From an uncultured Candidatus Rokubacteria bacterium (GTDB lineage Bacteria > Methylomirabilota > Methylomirabilia > Rokubacteriales > CSP1-6): 64,000 bases of DNA. Made by a program: the position numbers and the translations under genes. The notes beneath the pieces are model-generated. The model did no database searches. It saw only the letters and a program-made list of their open reading frames with translations, and was not told where the DNA came from. Positions within the stretch are counted from its first letter, which is position 1, and every line of letters starts with the position of its first letter. The stretch is from assembly GCA_963771355.1 (NCBI GenBank), contig CAVYTA010000006.1, forward strand, positions 1,888,001-1,952,000, read 5' to 3'. Positions 38,114-47,093 of this stretch are shown in pieces.

Positions 38114-39123
38114 GCCGGGGGCGTATCGTCGGGGGGCTCTTTCTCGCCGTGCTCCTCGCGGGGCCCTTCCTGCCCCTCGGCGTCACCCGCGAGTACACCA
38201 TCCACGTGGCGGTGCAGGTCCTCATCTGGTCCTTCATCGGCGGCGCGTGGTCGCTCATGGGCCGGTTCGGGCTCGTCTCGCTCGGCCACGGGGCCTTCCT
38301 CGGCCTCGGCGCCTACACCTCGACGCTGCTGTGGAACTTCTACGGCCTCACGCCGTGGATCGGGGCGGTGGTGGCAGTGGGGCTCACCGCGGTGTTCGCC
38401 CTCATCGTCGCCTACCCCTGCTCGCGCTTCCAGGTGATCGGCCACTACTTCGGGCTGGTCACCCTCGCCGTGGGCGAGGTGGTCCGCCTCCTCATCATCG
38501 CCGAGCGCAACTGGACGGGCGGCTCGCTCGGGGTGTCCGTTCGCTCCGCGGTGGGCGACAGCGTCTGGGCCATCCAGTTCGCGGACAAGCGCGTGTTCTA
38601 CTACGGCGCCCTCGTCCTCTGGCTGGGCGGCCTCTGGGTGTGGCACCGGCTCGACCGCTCGATGGCGCGGTCGGCGATGGAGGCGATCGGCGAGGACGAG
38701 ACCGCCGCCGCCTCGGTGGGGATCCACGTGAGCCGCTTCAAGATGGCGATCACCGTGCTCTCCGCCTCGCTCACCGCGCTGGGCGGGGTCGCCTACGCCC
38801 AGTACATCGCCTACGTGAACCCGGACACGCTGTCCGGGATCGGCGTGTCCCTTCGGATCGTGTTCGCGGTCGTCCTCGGCGGGATGTACTCGCTGCTCGG
38901 CCCCACCGTGGGCACCGCGCTCACCATTGCGCTCGGCGAGACCCTCCGCATCGGCTTCGGCCTCAAGTTCATCGGCATGGCCGAGACCATCTACGGCTTT
39001 CTGCTCATCGTCTTCATCATCTTCCTCCCCAACGGCATCTACGGCAGCCTCCGCGAGGCCTTGCGGCGCCGCGCGAGCCCACCCGCCTCCGCGCCCGCGG
39101 TCCCCGCCAACACCACCGCCTGA
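38110..39123 (+). CDS. Liv-type ABC permease (LivM-like)
   Basis: SLGHGAFLGLGAY, EDETAAASVG. Confidence 0.92.
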   Translation: MSRGRIVGGLFLAVLLAGPFLPLGVTREYTIHVAVQVLIWSFIGGAWSLMGRFGLVSLGHGAFLGLGAYTSTLLWNFYGLTPWIGAVVAVGLTAVFALIVAYPCSRFQVIGHYFGLVTLAVGEVVRLLIIAERNWTGGSLGVSVRSAVGDSVWAIQFADKRVFYYGALVLWLGGLWVWHRLDRSMARSAMEAIGEDETAAASVGIHVSRFKMAITVLSASLTALGGVAYAQYIAYVNPDTLSGIGVSLRIVFAVVLGGMYSLLGPTVGTALTIALGETLRIGFGLKFIGMAETIYGFLLIVFIIFLPNGIYGSLREALRRRASPPASAPAVPANTTA

Positions 39124-39183
39124 CCCGCTGGCCCGTGGCGGAGGCCTCGGGCATAATGGCCCCGAGGCGCGGAGGAGGATTCG

Positions 39184-40095
39184 ATGGCGCGATGGACGGT
39201 GTTTCCGGAGGGCGAGGAGCCGCCGAAGGTGGCGGCAGCGCTCGCCGAGCAGGTGGAGAGGGACGGGGGGCGGGCGCTCGCGCTGTACCGCGAGCCGGTG
39301 GGCCAGCACTGGCAGATCTTCTGCCTGCTCCCCGCCGCGCTGGTGGAGGCCACCCCGTACCAGCGCGATCTCTCTCCCACCCACGTGAAGCGGCTCCAGG
39401 AGTGCGTGAAGAAGATCAATCGCTTCGTGGATCCCATCGTGGCGATGTCGCCCGGGCCCGGGGTGTACTGGACGCCCAACGGCAATCACCGGCGCACCGT
39501 GCTGGAGAAGCTCAAGGCCAAGATGGTGCCCGCCATCCTGGTCCCGGAGCCGGAGGTGGCGTATCAGATCCTCGCGCTGAACACCGAGAAGGCCCACAAC
39601 CTCAAGGAGAAGTCCCTCGAGGTGATCCGCATGTACAAGGGCCTGGTCAAGGAGGAGCCGTCGAGCGGCGAGGAGGACTACGCCTTCCAGTTCGAGGCCC
39701 CGCACTTCGTGACCCTGGGCCTCCTCTACGAGCAGAACAAGCGGTTTTCGGGGGGCGCCTTCGCGCCCATCCTCCGGCGCGTGGACAAGTTCCTCAAGGG
39801 CCACTTCCCGAAGACGCTCGAGGAGCGCGAGGAGCGCGCGGCGATGGTGGCGGAGGCCGACGAGGCTCTCGTCAAGGTGGTGGCCAAGATCAAGAAGCGC
39901 GGGATCAACCATCCCTACGTGAAGAACTTCGTCCTGGCGCGGACGACGCCGCTCACCCGGCAGCGCAAGACCCTGCCCTCCTTCGAGCAGACGTTCAAGA
40001 AGCTCACCGCCAACATCGAGGAGTTCGACGTGGCCAAGGTCCGTTACGAAGACGTACAGCGCGCCGGCATCTTCGCTGCGCCGGCGGCCGGCTAG
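39184..40095 (+). CDS. ParB/Sulfiredoxin N-terminal domain protein
   Basis: TPYQR, FVDPIV, PNGNHRR (GxxR) and ALNTEK; GGAGGAGG RBS; CATAAT at 39153. Confidence 0.75.
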   Translation: MARWTVFPEGEEPPKVAAALAEQVERDGGRALALYREPVGQHWQIFCLLPAALVEATPYQRDLSPTHVKRLQECVKKINRFVDPIVAMSPGPGVYWTPNGNHRRTVLEKLKAKMVPAILVPEPEVAYQILALNTEKAHNLKEKSLEVIRMYKGLVKEEPSSGEEDYAFQFEAPHFVTLGLLYEQNKRFSGGAFAPILRRVDKFLKGHFPKTLEEREERAAMVAEADEALVKVVAKIKKRGINHPYVKNFVLARTTPLTRQRKTLPSFEQTFKKLTANIEEFDVAKVRYEDVQRAGIFAAPAAG

Positions 40096-40099
40096 CCGT

Positions 40100-40429
40100 A
40101 TGCCGCGACCGCCGCGCCTCTCCGACGACCACGTGAGCTCCCGGTTGCGCGCGCTGCGCGGCTGGACGCTCCTCGACGGCAAGCTCCACCGGGTCTACGA
40201 GTTCCCGGATTTCGTGGGGGCCTTCGGCTTCATGACCGCGGCCGCCCATGCCGCGGAGGGCCTGGAGCACCATCCGGACTGGTGCAATGTGTTCAACCGC
40301 GTCACCGTGGACCTTTCCACCCACGACGCGGGCGGACTCACCGAGCTGGACTTCGCCCTCGCCGAGCGGATGGAAGCCCTCGCGGCCGAACCGCCGTGCC
40401 GGCACCTGCCCGACCCGCCGGAACCCTGA
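40100..40429 (+). CDS. pterin-4-alpha-carbinolamine dehydratase
   Basis: EHHPDW, THDAGGLTELD. Confidence 0.92.
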   Translation: MPRPPRLSDDHVSSRLRALRGWTLLDGKLHRVYEFPDFVGAFGFMTAAAHAAEGLEHHPDWCNVFNRVTVDLSTHDAGGLTELDFALAERMEALAAEPPCRHLPDPPEP

Positions 40430-40431
40430 GC

Positions 40432-41127
40432 GTGCCGGGCCGCGTCGCCATCGTCGCGGGGGGCACCGGAGCCCTCGGCCAGTCCATCTGCCTGGCCTTC
40501 CTGTCCGCCGGGCATACCGTCTGCGTGCCGTTCGCGGTGCCGGAGGAAACGGAGGCCCTGCGCGCCCGGCTGGGACCCGCCGAGGCCCCCCGCCTGGACG
40601 CTGCCGCCTGCGACGTCACCGACGAGACCGCCGTGAACCGGTTCGTGGCCGGCGTCGTCGAGCGGCACGGGCGGGTGGACGTGCTGGTCAACGCGGTGGG
40701 CGGCTTCGCGGGCGGGGACCTCGCCTCGACGTCCCTGACCGAGTGGAACCGCATGCTCACGCTCAATCTCAACACCGCGGTGCTCGGCTGCCGCGCGGTC
40801 CTGCCCGCGATGACCCGGGCCGGCCGCGGCCGCATCGTGAACATCGCCTCGCGCGCGGTGGTGCCGCCCCAGGGCGGCTTCATCGCCTACACGGTGTCCA
40901 AGTCGGCCGTCATCACGCTCACCCAGGCTCTCGCCCAGGAAGTGCGGGCCCATGGCATCACCGTGAACGCGGTGCTGCCCAGCACCATGGACACTCCCGC
41001 CAATCGCCAGGCCATGCCGGACGCCGACCGCGCCTCCTGGGTCTCCACCGACGCGGTCGCCCTCGTGGTGGCCTTCCTGGCCTCGGATGCCGCGGAGGCG
41101 GTCTCCGGGGCCGCCGTCCCCGTCTGA
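40432..41127 (+). CDS. short-chain dehydrogenase/reductase
   Basis: GGTGALG, YTVSK, NAVLPSTMDT. Confidence 0.9.
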   Translation: MPGRVAIVAGGTGALGQSICLAFLSAGHTVCVPFAVPEETEALRARLGPAEAPRLDAAACDVTDETAVNRFVAGVVERHGRVDVLVNAVGGFAGGDLASTSLTEWNRMLTLNLNTAVLGCRAVLPAMTRAGRGRIVNIASRAVVPPQGGFIAYTVSKSAVITLTQALAQEVRAHGITVNAVLPSTMDTPANRQAMPDADRASWVSTDAVALVVAFLASDAAEAVSGAAVPV

Positions 41128-41150
41128 GCGCCCGGAGTATACTCACCGTC

Positions 41151-42539
41151 ATGATCTTCCCCTGGCGTGGGCTCGCCGCGGGCCTCGCCTTCCTGACCTT
41201 GGCCGGGTGTGCCGGCTCCCAGGTCGCCGCGCCCCCCACCATCGCCCAGGGACCTCCCGTCGCCTCGGCCCCCGCCGCCGCCGCACCGGAGGAGCTCCCC
41301 CCACCTACGCGGACGGTGCTGCCCAACGGGATGCGCCTCATCGTCCAGGATCACCGCGCTTCCGACATCGTCGCCGTCTATCTCTGGGTGGGCGTGGGGG
41401 TGCGCCATGAGCCGCCGGATCAGCTCGGCTACGCCCACTTCCAGGAGCACATGCTCTTCAAGGGCACCGACAAGTGGGGGCCGGGCTACGTGGACCGGGC
41501 GGTGGAAGGGGTGGGCGGGAAGTCGAACGCGGTGACGTCCTTCGACTACACCACCTTCTACATCGTGGTGCCGCGCGAGTCCACCGACCTCGCCATCGAG
41601 CTGCTGCACGACATGGCCTTCCGCTCGAGCTTCATCCCCGAGGAGATCGGGCGGGAGCGCGAGGTGATCTTCGAGGAGGCCCGCATCGAGGCGGACAACC
41701 CGCGCACCGCGATCGTCCGCCAGCTCTACGGGATGGTCTTCGAGGGCAACCCCTACGGCCGGCCCGTGCTGGGCGTTCCCGAGACCATGAATGCCGCCAC
41801 CCAGGCGCGGCTGCGCGATTTCAACCGGCACTACTACACGCCGTCGAACATGGCGCTGGTGGTGGCGGGCCCGGTGGACGCGCGCGCGGTGCGCGCCGCG
41901 GTGGACCGGACCTTCGGCCAGGTGCCCCGCCGCCCCTATACCAGCGCGCCCGCGCCCGCCCCGCGCCCCCTCTCCGGCGTGGTGCGGAAGGATGTCGAGC
42001 GGCCCGAGCAACAGGCGCTGCTCGCGCTGGGGTGGCCGGCGCCGCGCGCCGATGACCCCGACGGCTTTGCGGTGGATCTCCTGGCCTCCATCCTCGCCGG
42101 CACCGAGTCGAGCCGGCTCGCCCGCCGGCTCCGCGACGAGGAGCGCCTCGTCACCGGCGTCACCATGAGCTACGCCGCGCTGATGGGCGGCGGCATCGTC
42201 TCGCTGCGCGCCGAGCTGGAGGCCAAGGATCTCGCGCGCGTGGAGCAGATCATCCTGGAGGAGCTGGCGAAGATCCAGGAGAGTGGCCCCACCGAGGACG
42301 AGCGGCAGCTTGCGGTGACCAAGTTCGAGTCCGAGCACGCCTTTGCGGTGGAGACGTCCGAGGGACTCGCCTATGCCTACGGCATCGCCGAGACCACCTG
42401 GACCCTCGAGGAGGAGCTCCGCTACGTGAACCGTCTCCGCCAGGTGACCCGGGAGCAGATCCGCGACGCGGCCCGGCGCTTCCTCACCCGCGCCGCCTAC
42501 GCGCGCCTGGCCTTCCTGCCGAGGGCGGGGACGAGGTAG
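41151..42539 (+). CDS. M16 zinc peptidase, catalytic subunit, lipoprotein
   Basis: LAG-C lipobox; HFQEH (HxxEH); EREVIFEE. Confidence 0.9.
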   Translation: MIFPWRGLAAGLAFLTLAGCAGSQVAAPPTIAQGPPVASAPAAAAPEELPPPTRTVLPNGMRLIVQDHRASDIVAVYLWVGVGVRHEPPDQLGYAHFQEHMLFKGTDKWGPGYVDRAVEGVGGKSNAVTSFDYTTFYIVVPRESTDLAIELLHDMAFRSSFIPEEIGREREVIFEEARIEADNPRTAIVRQLYGMVFEGNPYGRPVLGVPETMNAATQARLRDFNRHYYTPSNMALVVAGPVDARAVRAAVDRTFGQVPRRPYTSAPAPAPRPLSGVVRKDVERPEQQALLALGWPAPRADDPDGFAVDLLASILAGTESSRLARRLRDEERLVTGVTMSYAALMGGGIVSLRAELEAKDLARVEQIILEELAKIQESGPTEDERQLAVTKFESEHAFAVETSEGLAYAYGIAETTWTLEEELRYVNRLRQVTREQIRDAARRFLTRAAYARLAFLPRAGTR

Positions 42540-42544
42540 AAGCC

Positions 42545-43852
42545 ATGCGACGCCGCCACTTCCTCGCCCTCGGGCTCACCGGTCTCGCCGCCGCGGGCGT
42601 CAACCCCGGCCGGGCGTGGGCGCAGGCGGTGACGCGGACCAAGCTGCCCAACGGCTTCACCCTGCTGGTGCGTGAGAATCCCACCGCGCCGGTGGTCGGC
42701 CTGTCCCTCATCGTGCGCGTGGGCACCCGCTGGGAGACGCGCGACGACGCGGGGATCTCCAACCTGCTCCAGTTCATGGTGGTCCGCGGCACGGAGAAGC
42801 TGGACGGCTCCCAGATCGTGGCGGCCGCCGACCGGATGGGGGGGAGCATCGACGCGTGGGGCGATGTGGATGCCTCCGAGATCAGCGCCACCGCGCTGTC
42901 GCGCCACTCCACCGAGATCCTCGACCTCGTGGCCGACGTGACGCTCACGCCCACCCTGCCGTCCGCCACCACCGAGGCCGTCCGGGATTTCATCCTCAAC
43001 CAGCTCCGGAATCGCGGCGACAAGCCCTACGATGTGGCGGTGGACACCCTGCTCGTGCAGCTCTACGGCGACCATCCGTATGCGTGGAGCCCTCTGGGGC
43101 GGCGCGACAGCGTGGAGCGCATCACCCGGGACGCCATGATTGCGCAGTACCGGCGCCATTACGTCCCGGCGGAGATGTTCCTGGCCGTGAGCGGCCGCGT
43201 GCGGGCCCGCGAGGTGCTGGCGCAGGTGGAGAAGCGCTTCGGGGGCATCCCCGCCGGACCGGCGGTCCCGTTCCGCCCCGTGCCCATTCCCCCGCCCGCC
43301 GTCTCGCGCGAGGCACGGGAGGTGCCGGGCGCCCAGGCTCAGATCCTCGCCGGCGGCCTGGCGCCCAGCATGACGGAGCCCGACTACGCCGCGGTGAAGG
43401 TGCTCGCCTCGGTGCTCGGCGGCGGCATGGCGGGACGCTTCTTCTCCGAGCTACGCGACCAGCAGGGACTCGCCTACACCACCGGCGTCCTCTATCCCAC
43501 GCGCGTGGACCGCGCGTTCATCCAGGCGCAGCTCGGCACCGCGCCCGAGAACGTGGACCGCGCCGAGGCCGCCCTGGGGGAGCAGCTCACACGCATCCGG
43601 CGGGAGCCCGTCTCCGCGGAGGAGCTGCGCGTGGCCAAGGCCTATCTCCTGGGCAACCTCGCCATGGACCGGCGCACCAATGCGCGCCAGGCCTGGTATC
43701 TCGCCAGCTATGAGGCGGCGGGAGTGGGGCACGAGTTCCTCGATCGCTACATCGCCGCGGTGAAAGCGGTGACCGCCGCCGACGTGCAGCGCGTGGCCGG
43801 CCTCTACCTCGGCACCCTCCGTACGGTGGTGGTCCGCCCACCCCGGCCGTAG
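42545..43852 (+). CDS. M16 peptidase, non-catalytic subunit, Tat signal
   Basis: RRRHFL signal; HxxEH replaced by NLLQF; LRDQQGLAY R/Y motif. Confidence 0.88.
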   Translation: MRRRHFLALGLTGLAAAGVNPGRAWAQAVTRTKLPNGFTLLVRENPTAPVVGLSLIVRVGTRWETRDDAGISNLLQFMVVRGTEKLDGSQIVAAADRMGGSIDAWGDVDASEISATALSRHSTEILDLVADVTLTPTLPSATTEAVRDFILNQLRNRGDKPYDVAVDTLLVQLYGDHPYAWSPLGRRDSVERITRDAMIAQYRRHYVPAEMFLAVSGRVRAREVLAQVEKRFGGIPAGPAVPFRPVPIPPPAVSREAREVPGAQAQILAGGLAPSMTEPDYAAVKVLASVLGGGMAGRFFSELRDQQGLAYTTGVLYPTRVDRAFIQAQLGTAPENVDRAEAALGEQLTRIRREPVSAEELRVAKAYLLGNLAMDRRTNARQAWYLASYEAAGVGHEFLDRYIAAVKAVTAADVQRVAGLYLGTLRTVVVRPPRP

Positions 43853-43915
43853 GGCGTCATCTCCGGAACCGGACCGGGCGAGCCTCGACCGGGCATGGCA
43901 ATGCCTGGTCCTGGA

Positions 43916-44623
43916 TCAGCGCGACGGCTCGAGGATCTCCGTGAATGTACGGAGGACGCGGTCGGGTCGCACCAAGCTCCCCGCAGGTAGCCCCTGGGCC
44001 GGCGCATCGATCCACGCGGCTCGGAGTCCGAGCCGCTGCGGCGCCGCCACGTCCCACTCGAGGTTGTCTCCCACCATCCACGCCTGGCGAGGCGAGACGG
44101 CGAGCGCGCCCAGCGCGTGGCGATACACCGACTCGTCCGGCTTGCCCACTCCGAACTCGCCCTCGATCACGATGACGTCGAAGAACCGGGCGAGATCGTG
44201 CATCTCGATCTTGCGCCGCTGATGGGTCTTGTCGCCATTCGTGACCAGCGCCAGCGGCATACCCTGCTCGCGGAGCCGGGTCAGCGTCTCGCGCGCGCCG
44301 GGATAGAGATCCATCCGCCGCCAGCGATTGGCCGCGAACGCCTCGGCCACCTCCGCGGCCAGCCGCTCGCTGGGTCGCCCCATGCCCTCGAGGGCATGCG
44401 CCACGATCTGCCGCCAGGCGCCGTCCATGTCGGTGCGCTCGCGGGCGTGTCGCACCGGATCGTCCCAGAACCAGCGCCGCGAGCGCGCCAGCGCGGGCAT
44501 GAGAAGGGCCACGTCGATGCCCGCGGGCCCCGCCGCGCTGTGGCAGGCGCGCTCCCAGCAGTCGTCCACCCCGCCCGAGTAGTCGAGGAGCGTGTCGTCG
44601 AGGTCGACGAGGAGCGCCTTCAT
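43916..44623 (-). CDS. HAD-family hydrolase (YjjG-like)
   Basis: DLDDTL, VTNG, GKPD, VGDNLEWD; ATGA overlap. Confidence 0.9.
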   Translation of the reverse strand: MKALLVDLDDTLLDYSGGVDDCWERACHSAAGPAGIDVALLMPALARSRRWFWDDPVRHARERTDMDGAWRQIVAHALEGMGRPSERLAAEVAEAFAANRWRRMDLYPGARETLTRLREQGMPLALVTNGDKTHQRRKIEMHDLARFFDVIVIEGEFGVGKPDESVYRHALGALAVSPRQAWMVGDNLEWDVAAPQRLGLRAAWIDAPAQGLPAGSLVRPDRVLRTFTEILEPSR

Positions 44624-45579
44624 TGACCCTCGAGGAGGAGGGGCACTTCGGGGGTCGCCGGCGTGAAGGGCGCCATCTCCGGACGGCACACGCCCCGGAA
44701 ATTGCACCAGCGGCAGATGCGCTGATCCTCCGCCTTCTCGAAGTCCGCCTCCTCGGCGAGGTTCCGGAGGGGATCCTTGAGATAGGCGCGCATGGAGCGC
44801 ACGGAGAGCCGGATGTGATCCCGCACGCGGTCGAGATCCAGCGAGCCCCAGGGATGCGTGGTCACCTTCCCCTCGCGGAGATTGACCTCGAGGAGATCCA
44901 CGCGGTCCGGGTCCACCCCCATGGTCTCGCGCGCGTAGAGCGCGTAGCCCCCGAGCTGGAGCGAGGCGTCCGCGCCGGCGCCCCCCGTCTTCCAGTCCAC
45001 CAGCTGCAGTCGATCGGCCGCGTTCCAGTAGCCGAAGTCCGGCGCGGCGAAGACCCTGGTGCCCTCGAACTGGAAGGAGCCGATGTCCTCGATGAGCACC
45101 CAGCGCTCGGTGGGCGTGGCCTTGATGTCGGCGAAGAGCGGGAGCCGGTAGAAATTCCGGAGGCAGCGGATCACGTTGTCGCGCATGGCCTGCCACTCCG
45201 AATCGCGGACGGGGGCCAGATACTCGTGCTCGAAGAGGCCCGTCCGCTTGGGATGCTCGCGATAGATGCCGTCCCGCGAGCCCTTCCACTCCTCGCGCAT
45301 CTGCCGCACCGTGCTCTCGATCAGCGACGCCTCGGACAGGGAGTAGCCGTCCCGGAGCGACAGGAGCGCGCGCTCGACCGACTCGTGGACGAGACGCCCC
45401 GCCCACATCTGACGGGTGGCCAGCTGCTTGAGCACGTAGAGCAGCCGCGCCCGCGGATCGCCCTCCGCCTGCCAGCCGCCCCAGGACCCGTAGTAGTGGA
45501 GGTAGTAGCGGCGGCGGCACTCCTGGAAGACATTGTCCCGGCTGCGGGACCACGAAAAGTCATTGGTAAGATCGGCCAC
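44620..45579 (-). CDS. PD-(D/E)XK nuclease, Cas4/AddB-like with probable Fe-S cluster
   Basis: N-terminal ECRRRYY, PD...DWKTG, QLGGYA, C-terminal CRWCNFRGVC. Confidence 0.85.
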   Translation of the reverse strand: MADLTNDFSWSRSRDNVFQECRRRYYLHYYGSWGGWQAEGDPRARLLYVLKQLATRQMWAGRLVHESVERALLSLRDGYSLSEASLIESTVRQMREEWKGSRDGIYREHPKRTGLFEHEYLAPVRDSEWQAMRDNVIRCLRNFYRLPLFADIKATPTERWVLIEDIGSFQFEGTRVFAAPDFGYWNAADRLQLVDWKTGGAGADASLQLGGYALYARETMGVDPDRVDLLEVNLREGKVTTHPWGSLDLDRVRDHIRLSVRSMRAYLKDPLRNLAEEADFEKAEDQRICRWCNFRGVCRPEMAPFTPATPEVPLLLEGQ

Positions 45580-45714
45580 GAGCACAGGATAGCAGGCGGG
45601 GCGGCCAGAGGGCACGGTCTCGGGGACCGGGCGCTCCGCCCGACCGGCGACGGGAAGCCCGAGGGCCAAGAGCCTGGGATCACGAAAGCTCGCGATAATT
45701 CACGAGATGGCGGT

Positions 45715-45729
45715 TGGCACGTTCCCTGC
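45715..45729 (+). promoter_or_regulatory. putative sigma54 -24/-12 promoter
   Basis: TGGCACG-ttcc-CTGC, exact GG-N10-GC spacing. Confidence 0.55.
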
Positions 45730-45793
45730 GAGGGTAGCGGCCCAGTTGCACCGCGCCGCAAGTCGCGCCGCGATGCCCACAAAGGGAGGCCGT

Positions 45794-45940
45794 ATGAAGA
45801 CTCGCCGACTCGCCCTCGCCGCCATGCTCTTCCTGCTCGTCAACGCCCCCTACGCTGAGCCGCAGGGCAACGCTCAGCCGGGGGAACACCTGGGCGCGCT
45901 GCTCTGCGAGACCTCGTGCTCGGCCGGTGCCCAGCCCTAG
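45794..45940 (+). CDS. small secreted peptide, 48 aa, CxxxC
   Basis: AAGGGAGG RBS; MKTRRLALAAMLFLLVNAPYA signal-like N-terminus. Confidence 0.6.
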   Translation: MKTRRLALAAMLFLLVNAPYAEPQGNAQPGEHLGALLCETSCSAGAQP

Positions 45941-46013
45941 CTCGGCCCGCCCCGAGGTGAAGCGGGCGCGCCCTGCGCTCGCGAACTAGCGAGAAGAGTC
46001 CCGCCTCCTCACG

Positions 46014-46046
46014 CTGCCGTCTCTCCCCCGCGGGGAGAGACGGCAG
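46014..46046. repeat. 15-bp perfect palindrome (REP-like or terminator)
   Basis: CTGCCGTCTCTCCCC-cgc-GGGGAGAGACGGCAG. Confidence 0.7.
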
Positions 46047-46156
46047 TGCTGTCAGCGCTCGCTCCACCATGGTACCCTCCGCCCGACGCCCGCCGCGGGC
46101 TCGTACACGCGAACCCAAAGCCTGAGCCTCACACCACACAGAGGAGGAGCGTGCCG

Positions 46157-47047
46157 ATGTGCCAGATCGTTTCCGAGTACCGGAATCGCCGCGTCGCATC
46201 GCCCGAAGAGCGCATGGCCGGCCTGGGCCGGCGCGACTTCCTCAAGCTCGCCGGGACGGCGGCGGTCACCTTGGCCGCGGGGCCCGCGTGGGCGCAGACC
46301 GCCAAGGTCGAGGTACACTGGCTCGGTCAGGCCGCGACCAAGCTCACCACGCTCACCGGCAAGACGCTCGTCATCGATCCCTTCCTCGTCAACAATCCGA
46401 AGACCCCGCCCCAGTGGAAGAACCTCGACGCGCTGGGCAAGGTCGACGTCATTCTCATCACCCACGGCCATGGGGATCACGTGGGGGATGTCGCCGAGCT
46501 GGCCAAGCGCACGGATGCCACCGTGATGGGCCCCGCCGGCTTGATGGCCACCATCGTGGATCTCGGCTGGGTGCCGGGCGAGAAGGTGGTCCGCTTCGGC
46601 AAGGGCGGCAAGGTCAACCCACTCGGCCCCCAGATCACCATCACCCAGGTGCGCGCCGAGCACTCCTCCGAGGTCACCGTCACCGACCCCACCACGAAGA
46701 AGAGCACGACCTATCCCGGCGGCGAGCCTTGCGGCTTCATCATCGAGTTCGAGAACGGCTTCAAGCTCTACCACATGGGCGACACCGGGCTCTTCGGGGA
46801 CATGCGCCTCATCGGCGAGTACTACAAGCCCGACCTCATCATGGTGCCCATCGGCGGGCACTTCGTCATGGACCCACGGGATGCCGCCTATGCCACGCGC
46901 GAGATGCTCAAGCCGCGCTTCGCCATCCCGTTCCACTACGGCACATTCCCGGTCCTCAAGGGGACGCCGCAGGAGTATCAGGCCGCACTCGGCGCCGCCA
47001 CCACCCAGGTGTTCCCTATCAGCCCCGGCGACAAGCTGACGTTCTAG
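46157..47047 (+). CDS. metallo-beta-lactamase-fold hydrolase (UPF0173-like), Tat signal
   Basis: GRRDFLK; IDPF, THGHGDH, HMGDT, PFHY; GAGGAGG RBS. Confidence 0.9.
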   Translation: MCQIVSEYRNRRVASPEERMAGLGRRDFLKLAGTAAVTLAAGPAWAQTAKVEVHWLGQAATKLTTLTGKTLVIDPFLVNNPKTPPQWKNLDALGKVDVILITHGHGDHVGDVAELAKRTDATVMGPAGLMATIVDLGWVPGEKVVRFGKGGKVNPLGPQITITQVRAEHSSEVTVTDPTTKKSTTYPGGEPCGFIIEFENGFKLYHMGDTGLFGDMRLIGEYYKPDLIMVPIGGHFVMDPRDAAYATREMLKPRFAIPFHYGTFPVLKGTPQEYQAALGAATTQVFPISPGDKLTF

Positions 47048-47049
47048 TC

Positions 47050-47089
47050 GGCCGACGAGAAGGGCCCATCTGGACCCTTCTCGTCGGCC
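47050..47089. terminator. hairpin between convergent genes
   Basis: GCCGACGAGAAGGG...CCCTTCTCGTCGGC arms. Confidence 0.65.
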
Positions 47090-47093
47090 TCCG

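Noticed and set aside
44620..45579. Calling the nuclease cas4 of a CRISPR system
   Set aside because: No array or cas1/cas2 in the window; solo PD-(D/E)XK proteins are common
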